A stretch of 64,000 nt of DNA from Candidatus Heimdallarchaeota archaeon (lineage in GTDB: Archaea > Asgardarchaeota > Heimdallarchaeia > Heimdallarchaeales > Heimdallarchaeaceae): NCBI GenBank assembly GCA_019057375.1, contig DXJF01000035.1, positions 1-64,000 on the forward strand, given 5' to 3'. The notes under the pieces were generated by a model. The model searched no databases. It was not told where the DNA came from and was given only the letters and a program-made list of their open reading frames with translations. A program made the translations under genes and the position numbers. This document shows positions 59,882 through 64,000 of this stretch, piece by piece. How positions within the stretch are numbered: position 1 is the stretch's first letter; the number at the start of each line of letters is the position of its first letter.

Positions 59882-60979
59882 ATGGTCTGGATTTCTTATG
59901 GGATTGGAATTGTGTCTATTTTCTTTCTACTCCTTGGAGCAATTCTAGTGATTGGAAAACAAATACGAACATCATCTTTCTCAGTGTATTATTTTCTGTC
60001 AATGATTTTGTGTATTATGGGGTGGATAATTAGTGGTATTTTTGTTGTTTATCTAAGTCAGATAACCAAAGAAGCTGATGCTCTATTTGTATCCCAGTTT
60101 TCAACAATAATTAGTATGATTGGAATGGTAGCAACTATCCTCTTCGTTGTATCATTAAGCCCTAGACAAATCTATAATCCCATAGTTCTAGCGTTTGCTC
60201 TTTTCCTCTTCGGAGGTGTAATAGGTTTAACAGTTTCTGGAGATTATACTTTAGCTCTCTTGCCTGTTAAAGGAAGTAATTACGATTTTTATATTGCACA
60301 AACTAGTATAATATGGTTAGTATTTGATGCAGGTTTGGCCATTTTTGCAGGAATAGTTTTTCTCACACACCTAATTAAACAAAGAGGTTTTGTAGAGAAG
60401 AAATATCAAAAAGTCATAGAAATTATGATGGTTGGAGTTGTAATAGCATATTTCATAAGCGCTCTTCTATTTGCTGCTAGAAAAGTGATCTATGCTGTGA
60501 CAGGTGAAATAATGATGCTACATATGGAATGGATTTCTGTTGCCGTAGGAGCCTTAATTATAGGAATTTCTATTTACATGGGAGGAATTGAAGCATTTTA
60601 CTATTCTACTGAAATTCATTCAATATATATCTTTGATAAAGCAGGATCTTCAATCTATTCAGCTTCAGCAAAGAAAAAACTAAATGTAAGAGGTCATATT
60701 ATTCTTAGTGTAACCACAGCTTTTTCAGAATTTGCTGGAGAACTAATAGGAAAAGAAGTTTATCCAAAAGAAGTAGATTTAGGCGATTCTTCATTAATGA
60801 TTGAAACAGAAGGAACGTTTGTTTGCTTCTTGTGCAGTAGAGTTCCAACAAGCTATTTACGCCAAGCAATAAGAAATCTTCTTGCAGATTTATCTCCGAA
60901 TATGTCGGAAAATGAAATATCTGCGTTGGTGGAGAAATATTTAGCATTTAAACCTATAATTTCTAGGCCTTCAGAATAA
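59882..60979 (+). CDS. Seven-TM membrane protein with C-terminal longin-like domain
   Basis: Seven hydrophobic segments followed by IYIFDKAG.SIY / LS...TAFSEFA.E / LM.E...FVCFL pattern. Confidence 0.72.
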   Translation: MVWISYGIGIVSIFFLLLGAILVIGKQIRTSSFSVYYFLSMILCIMGWIISGIFVVYLSQITKEADALFVSQFSTIISMIGMVATILFVVSLSPRQIYNPIVLAFALFLFGGVIGLTVSGDYTLALLPVKGSNYDFYIAQTSIIWLVFDAGLAIFAGIVFLTHLIKQRGFVEKKYQKVIEIMMVGVVIAYFISALLFAARKVIYAVTGEIMMLHMEWISVAVGALIIGISIYMGGIEAFYYSTEIHSIYIFDKAGSSIYSASAKKKLNVRGHIILSVTTAFSEFAGELIGKEVYPKEVDLGDSSLMIETEGTFVCFLCSRVPTSYLRQAIRNLLADLSPNMSENEISALVEKYLAFKPIISRPSE

Positions 60980-61227
60980 TATTTGTTTCCTCTTATTCAA
61001 AAGTTTAATAAATGAAATGTATTTTGTTATACTTAGGAGACTAAAATGGGGTATCGTGTTCTTCTCAACAAATAGGAAGGATATCTGTTTTAGTGGTTTC
61101 CAAGTTTTTCGTTTCTTTAACAGTTTTATTATGTCTAAAGATAACGCTTTTAATTATCAAAACCTGATTTTGGAAGAAGAAAGATATACCCGCTGTTCCA
61201 GAAAGATTCGAATAAGCACAACAAACA

Positions 61228-64000
61228 ATGGTGAAATTATTGACAACATTCCTAGAAGAGATACGTAAAATTGAAAAGAAGTGGCAAAAGAAATGGCAAG
61301 AAGACCAGATATTTATTGGAAATGTAGATAGCTCAAAACCAAAATGGTTTTTAACAGTGTCTTATCCTTATGCAACTGCTCCGCTTCATATAGGTCATGC
61401 TCGTACTTATGGATTAGGTGATATTTTTGCTAGATTCAAGAGACAACAAGGATTCAATGTATTATGGCCTATGGGCTTTCATATAACTGGAACTCCTGTT
61501 CTCGCAGTATCTTGGAAACTAAAGAATAATGATAAAGTCGAATGGGACAGATACCGAAATTATATCTCAATATATGAGGACAGCAAGGAAAGAGTTGAGG
61601 AATTAATAGCTTCGTTTGTAGAACCAGAAAATGTAGCAAACTATTTTTCAGAAAAGATAATCAAAGATTTCCTTGGAATGGGATACTCTCTTGATACTAC
61701 AAGGCAATTCTCAACTGGAGATCCTGACTATAATAAATTCATAGAATGGCAATATATTAAATTGGACAAAAAGAATCTAATTACACAAGGAAATTATCCC
61801 ATCCTATGGTGTGTCAACGATAAAAATGCTGTCGGTGAGGATGACATTCAAGCTGGAGATGAGTTAAAGGTAGAAGTAACTGAATTTGTTGGTATTAAAT
61901 TCATGCTCGATTCAAATATCTTTCTAGTTGCTGCTACCTTAAGACCTGAAACGATTTTCGGTGCAACCAATGTTTGGATCCATCCTGACGCAATTTACGA
62001 AGAAATCTCAATAGATGGAGAGAAATGGATTGTATCCAAAGAAGCTACAAAGAAGTTAATTGAGCAAAATCATGAAATCGAGGTTATTAGAGAATTAAAA
62101 GGAAAAGAGCTAATAAACAATAATGTTGAAGTTCCTGTTACTGAGAAAAAAATACCAATCTATCCAGCATCTTTCGTGGATACTGATCATGCAACAGGCG
62201 TAGTATACAGTGTTCCTGGACATGCTCCCTATGACTATGCAGCGTTAGCTGATTTGCAAAAAGATGAGAAAACCATTGAAAAATATGGATTAGATTCTGA
62301 ATTTTTGAAGCAAATTGAGCCAATTTCTTTAATTGAGGTAAAGGGTTATGGTGAATTTCCTGCAGTTGAAATTTGCGAAAAACTGGATGTTAAATCACAA
62401 AATGACATTGCAGAATTAGAAGAAGCTACTCAAACAATTTACAGAGACGAATTTTATTCTGGAATTATGAAAGAAAACACAGGTGAATACAAAGGACTGA
62501 AAGTCGAAGTTGCCAAAGATAGAGTTGCAGATACTTTATTTGATATTAATCTAGCATCTCCTATTTATGAAACATCAACAAAGGCTATTTGTAGATGTGG
62601 AGGACAAATAATTGCAGCGATTATCCAAGATCAATACTTTCTGCATTATGGAAATGAAGATTGGAAAAAAGATGCATTTAAAGCATTAGATAAAATGCTC
62701 ATAATTCCAGAAAAATATCGACAAAGCTTTGAAAACACCTTCCACTGGTTAGACAAAAGACCTTGTGTTCGAAGAAGAGGATTGGGAACAGAATTTCCAT
62801 TTACAAAAGGAGAAGGGTGGATTATAGAATCGTTAAGTGATTCAGTTATTTACATGGCCTTTTATACAATCGTTCGACAGATACGTCAAAACAATATTGA
62901 TCCAAGTCAACTGAAACCTGTATTCTTTGATTATGTATTTCTGAATGAAGGAGATATAAAAGGGGTGAGTAAAATCACTGGTATAGCAGAAGACATAATT
63001 GAAAAAACGAAATCGGAATTTGAATACTGGTATCCAAATGACTTACGACACACAGCGATTCATCATATTTCAAATCATTTATCATTTGCAATCTTTCATC
63101 ATGCAGCTATATTCCCTGAAAAATATTGGCTGCCTGCTTTCTCTTTAAATGATATGTTAAGTCGCTTTGGTGAGGCAATGAGTAAAAGTAAGCCAAACGT
63201 AATTCCAATAGCAGAAGTTCCGAGTAAATTCAGTGTTGACTTAACAAGATTACATTTAGCATCAATTGCTACACCGGAAACAGTTCTGGAATGGAAAGAC
63301 ACTGAAGTGAAATTTGCTCAACAAAGATTGAAAAAATTCTGGGAATATGCATTAAGTGTTGTAGATGTAGCTAGAGATGCAAACATAGAATACTCGTTTC
63401 CATCAAAGGTTTTGCTTTCATCAGTAAAAACCAATCTAAAAAAAGCATTGGAAGAAATTGAGAAATTTAATGCAAGAGACTATATCCTAGATGGTTATTA
63501 TGCAAATATTAGGGCTTTAGATGAATATCATAAGTTAGCAGCAAATCTACCTGAAGAAGAAAAGATGGCAGTCATTAGAGAAGTAATTGAAACGATGGTT
63601 GTAATAATGGCACCTGTGATCCCTCACATTTGTGAAGAATTGAATGAGAGAATGGGTTACAAAGATTATATCTCTTTAAAACGAATGCCAGAAATCATAA
63701 TTAATAAAGAGGACACTCTCAACGCTCTACAGGCCAAATTCATTACCAATTTGATGGAAGATATTGATCAAATAGTGAAACTAGTAAAGACAAAACCTAA
63801 AAGAATTCATATTTATATTAATGCAGAATGGAAGAATGACTTATATGAAATAGCAAAAGGTTTGTTCAAAGAAGAAGCAGTACAAATTGGAAGAATTATG
63901 TCATCAGCAAAAGAGAATAGTAAGCTTAACAAATACATGAATGAAATAGCACACGAAGCAAAGCAAATGTTAAAAGAACCTACTATATTCAGAATAGAAA
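61228..64000 (+). CDS. leuS: Leucyl-tRNA synthetase (partial, runs off window end)
   Basis: Manual translation: IEKKWQKKW, YPY...LHIGH, WPMGFH.TG, AATLRPETIFG, VPGHAPYD, AMSKS; start at 61228 (ATG) or 61240 (TTG); absent from the ORF track because there is no stop in the window. Confidence 0.95.
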   Translation, partial: MVKLLTTFLEEIRKIEKKWQKKWQEDQIFIGNVDSSKPKWFLTVSYPYATAPLHIGHARTYGLGDIFARFKRQQGFNVLWPMGFHITGTPVLAVSWKLKNNDKVEWDRYRNYISIYEDSKERVEELIASFVEPENVANYFSEKIIKDFLGMGYSLDTTRQFSTGDPDYNKFIEWQYIKLDKKNLITQGNYPILWCVNDKNAVGEDDIQAGDELKVEVTEFVGIKFMLDSNIFLVAATLRPETIFGATNVWIHPDAIYEEISIDGEKWIVSKEATKKLIEQNHEIEVIRELKGKELINNNVEVPVTEKKIPIYPASFVDTDHATGVVYSVPGHAPYDYAALADLQKDEKTIEKYGLDSEFLKQIEPISLIEVKGYGEFPAVEICEKLDVKSQNDIAELEEATQTIYRDEFYSGIMKENTGEYKGLKVEVAKDRVADTLFDINLASPIYETSTKAICRCGGQIIAAIIQDQYFLHYGNEDWKKDAFKALDKMLIIPEKYRQSFENTFHWLDKRPCVRRRGLGTEFPFTKGEGWIIESLSDSVIYMAFYTIVRQIRQNNIDPSQLKPVFFDYVFLNEGDIKGVSKITGIAEDIIEKTKSEFEYWYPNDLRHTAIHHISNHLSFAIFHHAAIFPEKYWLPAFSLNDMLSRFGEAMSKSKPNVIPIAEVPSKFSVDLTRLHLASIATPETVLEWKDTEVKFAQQRLKKFWEYALSVVDVARDANIEYSFPSKVLLSSVKTNLKKALEEIEKFNARDYILDGYYANIRALDEYHKLAANLPEEEKMAVIREVIETMVVIMAPVIPHICEELNERMGYKDYISLKRMPEIIINKEDTLNALQAKFITNLMEDIDQIVKLVKTKPKRIHIYINAEWKNDLYEIAKGLFKEEAVQIGRIMSSAKENSKLNKYMNEIAHEAKQMLKEPTIFRIE

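Noticed and set aside
61017-61268. 83-aa ORF from the track
   Set aside because: Low-complexity composition and overlaps the leuS start in another frame; probably spurious
63172-63198. LeuRS signature reads AMSKSKPN instead of KMSKSKGN
   Set aside because: The catalytically important second Lys is retained; such variants are within normal class I synthetase range
1-64000. tRNA, rRNA, CRISPR arrays, intact IS elements or integrases
   Set aside because: None seen on inspection of intergenic regions; a tRNAscan/Infernal run would be needed to exclude short RNAs fully

Overview
Low-GC archaeal chromosome segment whose eukaryotic-signature gene content indicates an Asgard archaeon, most likely Heimdallarchaeia. 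That content comprises ubiquitin, E1, a UEV-Vps23-Vps28 fusion, Vps22, Vps25, Vps4, two ESCRT-III genes, a Rab-like GTPase, a roadblock protein, a Lokiactin-type actin and a longin-like domain. Bases 1-3500 look like a decayed accessory island: a secreted caspase/legumain-fold peptidase, a head-to-head scar joining a truncated HerA/VirB4-type ATPase to a truncated TIR gene, and a duplicated small virus-like gene. The rest is core genome: gcvPA/PB, thermosome, hutI with two divergent hutH, the ubiquitin-ESCRT cluster, scattered A/V-ATPase membrane-sector genes, actin, prefoldin beta, an ECF transporter, tmk and a partial leuS at the right edge. The most striking observations are (1) an A/V-ATPase subunit I/a with a tandemly duplicated cytoplasmic domain, (2) a B-box-like zinc finger/coiled-coil/PH-like protein beside an ESCRT-ubiquitin locus that lacks an E3 and an active E2, (3) a 7TM-longin fusion and (4) a thioredoxin-V4R-V4R fusion. 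All family assignments come from motif recognition by eye; no database searches were run.
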